From Octopus bimaculoides (taxonomy: Eukaryota), in assembly GCF_001194135.2 (NCBI RefSeq), contig NC_068982.1:50019174-50083173 (forward strand): 64,000 nt of DNA, read 5' to 3'. The notes below the pieces were generated by a model. The model did no database searches. It was not told the origin of the DNA and saw nothing but the letters and a program-made list of their open reading frames with translations. This document shows, piece by piece, positions 51,975 through 64,000 of the stretch. Numbering within the stretch: the stretch's first letter is position 1; each line of letters starts with the position of its first letter. The position numbers and the translations under genes are program-made.

Positions 51975-52140
51975 CAACTTGTGGACAGGCTTACAAAATC
52001 AAAAGAACAACATAGCACTCATGACTTTCGCAAACGTTTTTTCGCGCTCAGAATTGCTGAAGTATGGAATAAACTACTTGCATTAGTTGTTAGCTATTGA
52101 AGCAATAGAACCTTCAAAACTTCCATGCTTCCTGAAATTC
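51975..52140 (+). mobile_element. CR1/L2-clade LINE 3' fragment
   Basis: TCGQAYKIK..HSTHDFRKRFFALRIAEVWNKL matches the TRGHxxK...R..FF..RV...WN.LP motif. Confidence 0.75.
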
Positions 52141-54817
52141 ACCAACAATCACCTGATGTCCCCAACACACATTTTTTTTTTTTACAACTTATTTACTGTT
52201 CACTTTCTGTACATATTCTGTTTACTGTTTATACAGTTTTGATTACTTTTTCTGATGAATTGTATTGCACCTAAGCACTGTATACAATTAGTTTGTAATT
52301 GTATCTATATAATTTAGTACTTGTAATTTCTCATCCAATGAAGAACATTATCAAGACATTGGACTTCATGGCAAATTAACTTATTCTCTTTTGTAAATTT
52401 TTCTTGTTTGCTCTTTGTAGACACAGACTATCACAGCTTTTCTTAGATGTTACTGTTTCACAATAGTATTTTAATCTTTAACCATTTAGTCGTTAGTCTC
52501 CCATGTATTCTTTCAAAAATACCTCAGTCTATCTACTGAATATTGTTTTTCATCTTCAATGCCCTCTCCAAGTCTTAATTATTAAAGTGCTGCTAATCTT
52601 ATGCTTTCGAAAGTAATCCTATGTTGAATCTTATTATGATTACTAATTGTTTAAATATACTTTTAAATGGCCATTTACATACCTGACTTGATATAAATAC
52701 ATCATGATTTACAGTACAGCAGTATTCATCCATAAATAACATCCCTTATGGATATGCTGTGTTTAAATGCACAATATATATTGGAGGGAGATGAAAATTG
52801 TTCCAGCAGCAGATAGTCAGAAAGCTAGATACATTTCTGCCTTGCTGAGCAGAGTCAATAGAGTGTACTGAAAGCCATTTTAGAGAAAATTTGTCATCAC
52901 TGATATATAGGAAAATAATGAATAAATATGCACTGGTGTTGCAAATAGCCACCTAGCTGATTAAAAATCTGTTATATACAACAGAAGCAGTATTAAATTT
53001 AAATAGTCATCTGTATATCAAACTTAATTTAATTACATCATAGAAGGCAAATTTAATGTTATATTCACCCAGAGATAATATCTCTTATGGATGTGTTTGT
53101 TGTGTTTAAAAACATAATATATATTAGAGGGAGACAAAAATCATCCCTGTAACAGATAGTGAGAATGCTAGCTATATTTCTGCTTTGTTGAACATTGTCA
53201 ATAGTGCGTTACTCAAAGCCAGTTTCATGCTTAGAGAAAATTTGCTATCACTGATAAATAGGAAAGCAGTGAATAAATATTCACTGGTATTACAAATGAT
53301 TGTCTGGCAGAATAAAAGTTCTTTGAAAATTACAATTATACAAACTGAAAATCTGCTGTGAGATGTGTTACAGAAAATATGCTTTCTTCTGAATGAGGCA
53401 TTTTAAGTATGAGGGGGGAAAGAAAAATAGATGTCTATTTTTAATTTGGTGTGAGCAAAACCTATCTCTACCATTCGTAATGGACAGAGCTGCACAGAAG
53501 TTTGAAATGTCATTTAAAGTTACAGATAATTTGAAAACAGGCAAAAGAGCCACAGTTTACAAGGAACAAGTCTAAAGCATCTTGATGTTCATTTATGTAT
53601 GCATCTTGGTTGCACACTTTACTTGTTGTACTCAACCAACTCAACCCTGAAGAAAAGTTCCATCTTCATTGCACTTGGTCAACCTGAAGCTGTTGTGAAA
53701 ATTTATAATTTGTTGATTACATGACAAGGAATAAGTAGCTGTAACAACAATATTTTACAAAACATACAAGTTCTATCATACAAGCCTTAAAACTATGCAG
53801 TTGCTGTATGAGAATCAAAGATGCACAAGAACCAACAGTTTTTATGCCCAGATACAATCTTTCTATATTTAGTACCAAGATCCACACTTTGTATAAGAGT
53901 TTACTTCATTCCACCATCAGAAGCTGCAGTTGAAAATCATCTTACATGATGGAACACAAGTATTCAAAAGTCATGTTCTCAAACACATACTATAATTTTA
54001 GTACTTCAAAAAATTTAGTAGTGATTCTCCTCTTGCATTCTTTTAGTCAAATGTTAAAGTTGTAGTCCTTCATCCCTTCTCATTATCATCATTTTACATC
54101 TGCATTTTATGTTGGCATTGGTTAAACATGTTATGGTCTGAGTCAGCTCCTGTTCAGAGTTAGCCTCTTAGACAAGCAGTAACTCTAAATAAGATCTGAT
54201 TCCACTGCCACTCTGGCCTGCCAGTAACAACACAATTTGGGGGAATTTTTCCTGAAATATTTTAGGATCATTAAACAACTTATGTAAGTTAACACAATAT
54301 CTTTTCTCATAGCCTACATTGCTCAAAGGATTTTGTCAAACATTTATCCCCTAAAAAATTCTACTTAATTTGAATTACCATTGCAATAAGGAGAGGAAAA
54401 TGTTAAGACAAAAACTAATATTAATCCATCTAGTCACAGCAAAATATCAGCAACTCTGAAATTTTAATTAACATTAGATTACTATTCATTTAATGTTAAT
54501 TTAATCTGATCTTCAACATGCACAGTAACTCTAGATATGTTTTAATCCCTATGTAATTTCATCCTGTCATTCAGAAAGTAGGACCTTTGTGACAGATCAG
54601 CAGATAATAAAGACCAACAGATTTTTCATATATTTAATATGCTTTTGGAAGATGTACCTGGTGGAGCCCAAACCCTTTTGTTCCCGAAAGTTTCTTGAGG
54701 AAATGTCACTAAACAAACATCTGTGTCAATGATTAATCTTTTACATGTTTCAGCCCTAAGGTTATGGCCATGATGGAGCACCAAATAAAGGATAGTATTT
54801 TAAGAATTGGTTGGAAT

Positions 54818-55410
54818 TTAACCCTTAAGCATTTAAACCAGCCACATCCAGTCAAAATATTCTACCTGTTTTATGTTCAAATTAGCTAGATTCTGACATC
54901 ACACACCTATGCTACAGTGTTCTGAAAATAAACAATCACGTGATCAAAATCTCAGAACACTATGATAATACATGATTACTTCAAAACAATGTGAATAAAG
55001 GCACGGGCGTAGCGGTGTGGTAACAGGCTTGTTTCCCAACCACATGGTTCCGAGTTCAGTCCGACTGCATGGCACCTTGGGCAAATGTCTTCCACTATAG
55101 CTTCAGGCCAACCAAAGCCTTGTGAGTAAATTTAGTAGGCAGAAACTGAAAGTAGACCGTCATGCGTGTGTGTGTGTGCTTGTCCCCCTGCCATTGGTTG
55201 ACAACCGATGGTGTGTTTATGTCCCTGTAACTTAGCGGTTCAGCAAAAGGGACCATAGAATAATTACTAGGCTTACAAAGAATAAGTCCTGGGGGATTGA
55301 TTTTTTTTTTTTACTAACACCCTTTAAGGGCTGCAGTCAAATGACTAAAACAAGTAAGAGAATAAAATAGGTATTACATTTGATAGAGAAATCTGAATGC
55401 TAAAGGGTAA
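54818..55410. mobile_element. piggyBac-like MITE (second family, TTAACCCTT(T/A)AGCATT) interrupted by a SINE at about 55003-55365
   Basis: TTAACCCTTAAGCATT...AATGCTAAAGGG. Related copies at about 29236-29450, 45265-45870, 45915-46365 and 61890-62100. Confidence 0.7.
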
Positions 55411-57158
55411 AAGTTGATGAATGTCAACAATGAGATCTACATGACTCTCCAGCCAGAATGACATCCACTGTGAAGATTGTTAGGTCACACAGAAAGTGTT
55501 ATGCAATGAACTGTGTCTTCATATAGATTTGCTTATCTGTTTCAGTTCACCATACCTAGACTATATCACTAGATTTCCTTTTAGTGCTAGTAAAGAAAAA
55601 TGGTATGAAATAGAAAATCTAGAAATCGATTCCAGTCTGGGAAACTGGGCCTTCATCTGTCATCCCATAAAGAAATAGATTCTATTGGGATGGGAGTGAT
55701 GTATGCAGTAAAAAATAACATTTTTTTAAAATTGACAATTGCTGGCGTGGCTCTGTGGTAAGAATCTTGCTTTTCAACCACATGGTTCCAGGTTCAGTCC
55801 CACTGCAATGCACCTTGGGCAAGTGTCTTCTACTATAGCCTCTGGTTAACCAAACCCTTGTGAGTGAATTTGGTAGACAGAGACTGAAAGAAGCCCATCC
55901 TATATATATATATATATATATATATNNNNNNNNNNNNNNNNNNNNNNNNNNNNNNNNNNNNNNNNNNNNNNNNNNNNNNNNNNNNNNNNNNNNNNNNNNN
56001 NNNNNNNNNNNNNNNNNNNNNNNNNNNNNNNNNNNNNNNNNNNNNNNNNNNNNNNNNNNNNNNNNNNNNNNNNNNNNNNNNNNNNNNNNNNNNNNNNNNN
56101 NNNNNNNNNNNNNNNNNNNNNNNNNNNNNNNNNNNNNNNNNNNNNNNNNNNNNNNNNNNNNNNNNNNNNNNNNNNNNNNNNNNNNNNNNNNNNNNNNNNN
56201 NNNNNNNNNNNNNNNNNNNNNNNNNNNNNNNNNNNNNNNNNNNNGTGTGTATGTGTCTTCGTGGCTGTGTCCCCCACCACTGTTTGACAACCATTGTTGG
56301 TGTGTTTACATTCCCATACATCAGCAGTTCAGCAAAAGAGAACTGATAGAATAAGTACCAGGTTTAACAAAAAGTACTGGGGTCGATGTATTCGATCAAA
56401 ATTCTCATTAAGTTGGTTTCATGCATTTTTCTCACTTTTTTGCATCCATTTTGTTTTTTATTTGCATTTATTCATTGATTAATCCCTGAACAGATGAGAA
56501 TTTTAAGTTTTAAAAGATCTAGGGGGGATAACTCTACACTAACCCTTTTTTCGTTTTCTGTGGGCAAGTTGTGCCATTTTAAACATTTTCTCTCGTAAAC
56601 AAAGAATTAAGGACTGTTTGCTTCATCTACTTAGTTTCTTATATCTATTTTATTATAAACAATAACATTTCAAGTTCATTTCTAATAACTAATTTGGAAA
56701 TATGTTAAAACTATTTTTCCACATTGTCTTATTAGGGCGGTGAGATGGCAGAACTGTTAGCACGCTCGACAAAATGTTTAGTCACATTTTAATTGTCTTT
56801 ACATTCTGAGTTCAAATTTTGCCAAAGCCGACTTTGTCTTTTATCCTTTCAGGATCGATAAATTAAGTGCCAGTTGAGCGCTGGGATCACTGTAATTGAT
56901 TCCTCTTCTCCCCCTAAATTTCAGGCTTTGTGCCTATAGTAGAAAGGATTATTATTACTAGCGCCTCCCCCTTTGGGAGTTCTATTAATCTGATTATCTA
57001 TTTATTTATTATATCTTTCTCCTTTTTCTTCTTCTGTTTAGATGAACTTTCCTACCTTTTCGGACAAAACCTTTTGTAACCTTCGTCCTGTCTTTGTCCT
57101 TACATGTTTTTAATTGATATTAGCCCTTGTGGCCAATAAAACAAATTAATTATTATTA

Positions 57159-57244
57159 CTAGCAGAAAAACCGCTCTCCAAGCGGTTTTCTGCTGGCATA
57201 TGTGTTGCGCATATTGATATTATATATATATATATACATATAGA
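57159..57244 (-). mobile_element. Mini non-autonomous Helitron-like element (86 bp)
   Basis: Minus strand: A|TCTATAT...(AT)n...hairpin GCAGAAAACCGCT-TGGAG-AGCGGTTTTTCTGC ending CTAG|T. Confidence 0.6.
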
Positions 57245-58766
57245 TATGATACATAAATCATAGAGTAAATTGACAATATGCTCACGAATTGAACAAAGAC
57301 TCCGTTATAGTTTATTTTGTAATCAGTAAAATAATTCATGGTACATTTAAAAAGACGATAATGAAAATTGGAAAAGAGATGAGACTGTCAATGGAAAATG
57401 TTCATGAATCTTCACTTGAGTGAATTTGAAAATAGATGCTCTGGTGGGAGTTAATGAATTACATTGACCATTATGAAGAGATGAGTTTTGTTATATTGTT
57501 GTTTCATTTATATTCCCTTACAGACGTCTTAAGTGTTTCTAGTGTCCCTTACCTAGCAATTAAAAAGAAACTTAAATACATTTCAAATAAAAGAGAGTAA
57601 TGAATGTCACACATCATTGTAGAATTTTTTTTTTTGCAGACACAACTGTCAGCAAATGGATCCTTTTCATTGATCTCCGTTAATATTTATATATTTACTT
57701 TTCGTGACACTCTTGATAATGCAACATACATCTGACCATGTGCGTTGAAACGTGTCGGAAGATGATATTATTGACTAAATAATTTCTAGGTGGTACCCTA
57801 GCACGACCGCAGTCAAACACAATTTGAAAACTTAATTCTGTTAGACAGGAATTATTGTTTTTGCACTACGTAATACTTTTAAAAATAATTTACTCACTTG
57901 TTTTGTTGGGGGTTTTTTACGAACATGAAATAAAACTATTTGTTTACACTTTTCTTCGGATTTTGCTGAGACTGGACACACTGATCAATTTTGTATAGAG
58001 GGTAGCATTAAGAGGAGAGAAATAAACAACCATCACTCTCAACAAGTCGAGGTACACCCAAAAGTTTACGATTTCAGACAGTCCAGTATGTAGGAGTATG
58101 TCGAAAGCATTAACTGGGTAAAATCGCTGCCAAACCAGATATAACATCTTAATGAGTAATAGTTGGCACGGGAAACAGAAGATTTCAATACAGAGTCAGT
58201 GGTCGGCTTAACTTCAACATGGAAAACACGAGCAACGCTGGGTCCAACAGCTAGTATACATATATATATATATAATACAAATGATATATGAGCATATGCA
58301 TGTATACATACATATATGTACATACCTACATCTACATGTATATATAGATGCATATCCGGGTACAGGATGTCAAAAAGGAACGGGAACATAAACGAAGCAC
58401 AAAAAAAAACAGACTTTTTTTACGGACAACAGAATGAACACATAGGAAAACAGACGAGCCACTTATGGAACTTTTCCTTCATCAGCTGCCTGTATTCTAA
58501 GCTAAGCGTTTCGAAGGTATATATATATATATATATACACCTATGCACACACACAACAGGCTTCCTTCACTTTCCATCTAATAAGTCCACTCACAAGATT
58601 TTACTCAACCCATGTCATAGTAGATGACATATGCCCAAGGTGCCACATAATGGGACTGAACCTGAAACTTCCTGTTTCTGTATATTGATAAAATGAAAAA
58701 TAGAAACATAGATGATTTGCAAACATATTACTCCTTTACTTTCTATATTCTTGTTTTCTTTTCCAG

Positions 58767-58915
58767 AATGCTCTTCTTGTATATAATGAGAAAGTTCCAC
58801 TCAGCATTCAAGAAGGGTACCAGGTATTCCTAGGAAAATCCTTAACTCGTATACAATACCAAGTTTACGCTCATCTCAGACGGATTGGCTATATTGTTTT
58901 TAGATTTGAAAATAA
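58767..58915 (+). CDS. TSEN54: TSEN54 exon 5 (NALLVYNEKVPLSIQEGYQVFLGKSLTRIQYQVYAHLRRIGYIVFRFEN-K); gene continues downstream
   Basis: ttttccag| acceptor, AA|GTGAGT donor, 149 nt. Contains the PLSIQEAY and QYQVxxHLxRxGY motifs of Sen54. Confidence 0.96.
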
Positions 58916-59469
58916 GTGAGTATTTAAAATGGAAACTTCTCTTTTATTTATTTTACAGACAAGAAAGTTAGTTTCAAATGCAGTATAGTTGTGAAAACAG
59001 CCGAGAAATATTACCCTTAGAAAACAGAAAAAAAAATTGCCATTAGTCGGCTATAGAGAATCAAACTCTATACCTCTCTGATACTGGCTGGGTGCTCTGT
59101 ACCAACTTTTTTTTTGCATCTTCTAAGGGTAAATGCCCAACTTTTCTTAGCTGTTTTTGCAGTTCTGCTGCACTTCTAATGTTTGGTTACAAAATGTTCA
59201 CTCTTTGCTTGTATTCTTTTACTTGTTTCAATCATTTGACTGTGGCCATGCTGGAGCACCGCCTTTAGTCGAGCAAATCGACCCCAGGACTTATTCTATG
59301 TAAGCCTAGTACTTATTCTATCGGTCTCTTTTGCCGAACTGCTAAGTTATGGGGACTGCTGGTCTTTTATAAACAGCCTTGCCTAGACTTGTGCCTCAGA
59401 GGGAAACTTTCTTGGTGCAATCCTATGATCATTCATGAATGAAAGGGGGTCTTTACCTACATATATATA

Positions 59470-59538
<69 letters not shown>

Positions 59539-62500
59539 TTGTGAGTTTGATTTCCAGACCAGGTTGTATGCTGTGTTCTTGAGCAAGACACTTTATTTTT
59601 CATTGCTCCAAGTCACTCAGCTGCAGAAATGAGTTGCAACATCACTGGTGCCAAGATGTATCAAGATGGATAACATTAGTGGCATGGAGAAGGGAGGCTG
59701 GTATGCATGAACAACTGCAGGTCTTCCACAAACAACCTTACCCGAACTTGTGCCTTGAAGAGGATTTTTTTAAAAATACAATCCCATGGTCATTTATGAC
59801 CAAGAGGGCTCTTTACCATTTAATCATTTCATACTGTATAGTGGTTGTAATTAGGAAGGACATCCAGTTGTTGGAACCACGTCGAAGCAGACACTGGAGC
59901 ACGATGCAGTCCTTGGGCCCATTAGATCTGTCAGTTAAACTGTTCAACCCATGGTAGCTTGGAATATAGACATTAACTAATGATTATGTGTGTGTGTGCA
60001 TTGCCAGTGCCCCTGGACTTGCTCTTGTGCGGGTGGCACATAAAATACACCATTTTGAGCGTGGCCGTTGCCAGTATCGCCTGACTGGCCTTCGTAGGAT
60101 TTTCGAGCGAGATCGTTGCCAGTGCCCTTGGACTGGCTCTTGTGCAGGTGGCACATAAAATACGCCATCTTAAGCGTGGCCGTTGCCAGTACCGCCTGAC
60201 TGGCCTTCGTGCAGGTGACACGTAAAAGCACCCACTACAGTCTCTGGGTGGTTGGCGTTAGGAAGGGCATCCAGCCGTAGAAACTCTGCCAAATCAGATT
60301 GGAGCCTGGTGTAGCCATCTGGTTTCACCAGTCCTCAGTCAGGTCGTCCAACCCATGCTAGCATGGAAAGCGGACGTTAAACGACGATGATGATGATGAT
60401 GCGTGTCTGTGTGTGAATACACAATGAGCTTTGTACAGTATCTGCCTACCAAATTAACTCTCAAGACATTGTGTTGTCTTCATTTAGCACTAGACCAACC
60501 CTTATTGAATAGAAATATGTCCAAAACACTGCTGTAACACCCACCCCTTGCAACACACACTTTTTTTTTCTCAAGCCTTAGCCAATCTAGAACCATATTA
60601 TTCAATGTCTACTCCCATTCTTGAAAATGACTGGTGTGATTTGAGATAGATTTGTGCATTATTTCTCAAACAAGTCAAATGACTGTTTAGAGGCTCCCTT
60701 TATGCATGGCAGTTTCTGAAAGTATATTAAATTGCAATTCAACCTAAATAATAGTAGCTTAACTATAATCCTTTCAATTTGGGATTATGTTACTGAAAGA
60801 CGATAAGGACTTCTTTCTTTTTTTCTAAAATCGTTTCTCTGTACCAAAAAGAGAAGCTACTTTCGTCTTTCTGAAACACCACACATTCTTCTGATTTAGT
60901 TGTGCTCGTTGGATCATGATTTTTGCATAATTGAAAATGTTATGATTTGAGGGAGATTTAGTTGCTATTTCCAGCATATCAGGCAACTGTTTAAAAGCTT
61001 TCTCATTGTTTTATGTGATAGGGCTGTTTTCGCATTACTCATGGAAATAGTATGAAAATTTCTCTCTCTCTCTCTCTCTCTCTCTCTNNNNNNNNNNNNN
61101 NNNNNNNNNNNNNNNNNNNNNNNNNNNNNNNNNNNNNNNNNNNNNNNNNNNNNNNNNNNNNNNNNNNNNNNNNNNNNNNNNNNNNNNNNNNNNNNNNNNN
61201 NNNNNNNNNNNNNNNNNNNNNNNNNNNCTCTGCAAATGATTCTGCCAGCTCACTGCCTTAAAAAAAAAATATTTATAAATGACAAAAGACCAAGACCTCT
61301 GGAGATACGCTGTGACTGCAAAGAACCAGCAAATAAAGTGAGTTCACAGCACTATCCTACACCAGTTTCGCATAACCAGACCCAGCCCATCAAAAGTAGC
61401 TTGGATCATAGGGCAGCCTGTTGTGCTTGAGGAGGCCTATTGGGTCAAGTACATCAGCATCAAAATGAATATCAAATGGAAATTGTAGTTGTGATACCTG
61501 TCCTGGTGGCACGTAGAAAGCACCATTCGAATGTGGCTGATGCCAGCACCACCTTGACTGGCTTCTGGGCCGGTGGCATGTAAAAAGTGCCAACTGATCA
61601 TGGCCGTTGCCAGCCTGCTCTGGCCCCTGTGCCAGTGGCACATAAAAAACACCCACTACACTCATGGAGTGGTTGGCATTAGGAAGGGCATCTAGCTGTA
61701 GAAACACTGCCAGATCAGACTAGAGCCTGGTGCAGCATCCTGGCTTCCCAGAACCCAGTTGAACTGTCCAACCCATGCTAGCATGGAAAACGGATGTTAA
61801 ACGATGATGATCATCATCATCATCATCAAAATTTGTCCACCCATCCAACTGTATCCAGCCAGCATGGTGAAGCAGATATAGAAATTATTTAACCCTTTAG
61901 CATTCAGATTATTCTGGCAAATGTTCTACTTGTTAATTCATATTGCTTTGAATTAATCCAACATTATCTCATAGCTTTGCGGTTTTGATGATGTGATTGT
62001 ATATTTCAAGAAAGTACCTTGTTAGGTAGGTGTCAGAGGCTGGGTTTGACCAGTTTGAGCATAAAAGCAGTAGAATATTCGGACCTAATATGGTTGGTTT
62101 AACTCTCTTGAGACACATGGTATTTCGGTATATGTTGCCAAAAAGACTAGATTGTTTTTCTGTTGAGTTTGAAATTGATGGGTGCTTGTAGATAAAGTGC
62201 CTAAAACTACTTTATTAATATGTAAAACTATATATATTACGAAAACTTATGAACAGTACAATACATCAATAAGAAAACTAAAACAACAGAATACATGTAA
62301 ATAAATAAAATAATAAGCATAAATTTTGTTTTAGTATTTGGTTTGCAAGATTCTTTATGTGAATTCGCGTGTTGAAGCATAAATGTTTCTGTGAAAAAAA
62401 CAAAGAAAATGTACTGAAAGACAATCTCTGATTGGCTATTACAGTTCAAAATCAACCATTCACATTTGTCTCATCAGGCCCAATAAATTGGCCTCAAAGT

Positions 62501-63836
62501 CCTTTCAGCTTGTATCCCTTGGACCAACCAATTGGCCCAGTGTGTCTCATTTTAACCCTTAATACTTAAGGGTTAAAAAAGATTAAAAAAGTAAAGAGAA
62601 ATAAATATAATGGAAATAAGCGTAACAGGTATAGAGGGTTATGTTAGCGATACATACTTGGTAACATTAGAAGAAGAACAAAGTTATTTCTTGTATTGTT
62701 TTGTTCTTTTTTTTTTTTTTTTTTTACTACCCAATACATAGCTGCCCACATATCATGCCATTACATTGTAGAATGCTGCTAACAAGAATGCCCAATACTA
62801 CATCTTTGCTCAAGTTACTGCTTGGCCTTCTACAAGAACAATGCTGGCTTCTCCTGACATTTGTACAAAGACTTAAGGATACAGTTAATTTACTGCACTC
62901 CCTTACCAGCTTATCTCTTCACATTTAACTGTTGTTATCATCATAAATCTCTTTAGTAAAAATAAGTCCCCACCCTCTCACAGCTGTCAGTTTTCTTTTG
63001 TTATTACCCTTTATTTATTTTATGTGTGTGTGTGTGTTTCTTTTTCTGTTCTAACTGATTAGAACCAGTGGTTTTGTTGATGTCTATTGCATTTGTATTC
63101 TTTATTTCTCTTGCTGTTTTTGTTTTGTTTTTTACTATCCCCTTATTGAATGTGTTTTGCATCTAACTTGTGTTTATATCTTTCCTGGCCGGGCCTCCTT
63201 TTGTTTATAATCATTTATTATAATTTTTTTTTCTTTTTTTTTTAACACTGTGACAGCCTATTTCTTTCTGTAATCACTGTACTTTACCTGACAAGATGGA
63301 TTCCTTTATAATGTTCCGCATAATGGAATAAGTTAGTGTACTGTGAGAAGAAGATCCTGAAGTTTCAACTGCAGGCTCCTAATATTTCAGAAGCTGGTCT
63401 TTTCTTTCATCATCATCATCATCATCATCGTTTAACGTCCGCTTTCCATGCTAGCATGGGTTGGACGATTTGACTGAGGACTGGTGAAACCGGATGGTAA
63501 CACCAGACTCCAGTCTGATTTGGCAGAGTTTCTACAGCTGGATGCCCTTCCTAAAAAAACAAAAGCATTTTCATAGGTGTAGGCATGGCTGTGTGGGTAA
63601 AAAGCTTGCTTCCAACCACATGGTTCCGGGTTCATTCCCACTGCATGACACTTGGGCAAATGCCTTTGACTTTAGCCCAAGTTTGATCAAAGCCTTGTGA
63701 GTGGACTTAGTAGACAGGAACTGAAAGAAGCCTGTCGTGTGTGCATATATATATATTTATATATATTCTTTTATTTTTCGTTTTTGGATTTGGTTTGCAA
63801 GATTTTTTATGTGATTCCGTGTGTTGAAGCATATTC

Positions 63837-63956
63837 TGTTGTGTCTGGGGAGAGTCATTTTCTTATCGTGCCTTAAAATTTAACACACACACCGTTAACG
63901 GTGAGTGTGTTAAATTTTAAGGCAAGATAAGAAAATGACTCTCCCCAGACACAACA
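63837..63956. repeat. 120-bp spacerless palindrome
   Basis: 60-bp arms with 2 mismatches, centred on GTT|AAC at 63896/63897. Confidence 0.92.
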
Positions 63957-64000
63957 CAATATTCTTTTACATGTTTTAGTCATTTGACTGGGGCCATGCT

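Noticed and set aside
57732-57756. CTGACCA...GAAACGTGTC as a third hammerhead
   Set aside because: The core is mutated and stems I and II do not pair.
58959-58990. Strong acceptor just after TSEN54 exon 5 as the next exon
   Set aside because: The implied intron is only 43 nt and splicing gives KQES* immediately, with no similarity to the Sen54 continuation.
60000-60230. Regularly spaced repeats as a CRISPR-like array
   Set aside because: The units are full tandem duplications without unique spacers, inside a eukaryotic LINE 3' UTR, with no cas genes.
62742-62928. ORF after a poly-T/AG as the next TSEN54 exon
   Set aside because: It is phase-compatible but shows no similarity to Sen54 and has no clear donor.
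1-64000. Most ORFs in the six-frame track as protein-coding genes
   Set aside because: They are short and derive from SINEs, microsatellites or N-gaps (poly-YI, HT, X runs). The real genes are spliced and largely invisible to the track.

Overview
This is an AT-rich, repeat-dense eukaryotic window with 7 N-gaps. The SINE families, (TA)n/(CA)n/(GAT)n microsatellites and gene architecture suggest an octopus/coleoid cephalopod genome (inference). The + strand carries the first five coding exons of TSEN54 (tRNA-splicing endonuclease subunit; 39053-58915), and the rest of the gene was not found in the window. About 0.7 kb upstream, head-to-head across a CpG-rich promoter zone, an unidentified spliced gene runs on the - strand (exons at about 38311, 30187, 26600 and 26168). 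The remainder is mostly tRNA-derived SINEs, RTE/CR1 LINE fragments, and fossil Tc1, mariner, pogo, hAT, Gypsy, piggyBac-like and Helitron elements. The most unusual items are: (1) a nested triple inverted repeat with telomere-type (CCCTAA)n arrays in TSEN54 intron 1; (2) a type I hammerhead-ribozyme-like motif; (3) a decayed tRNA-Thr-like gene with an atypical D-arm; (4) a PHD finger inside an RTE reverse transcriptase; (5) several long fold-back palindromes. Almost all ORFs in the supplied track derive from repeats or gaps. No CRISPR array or rRNA gene was seen. I did not find a clear novel multi-gene system.
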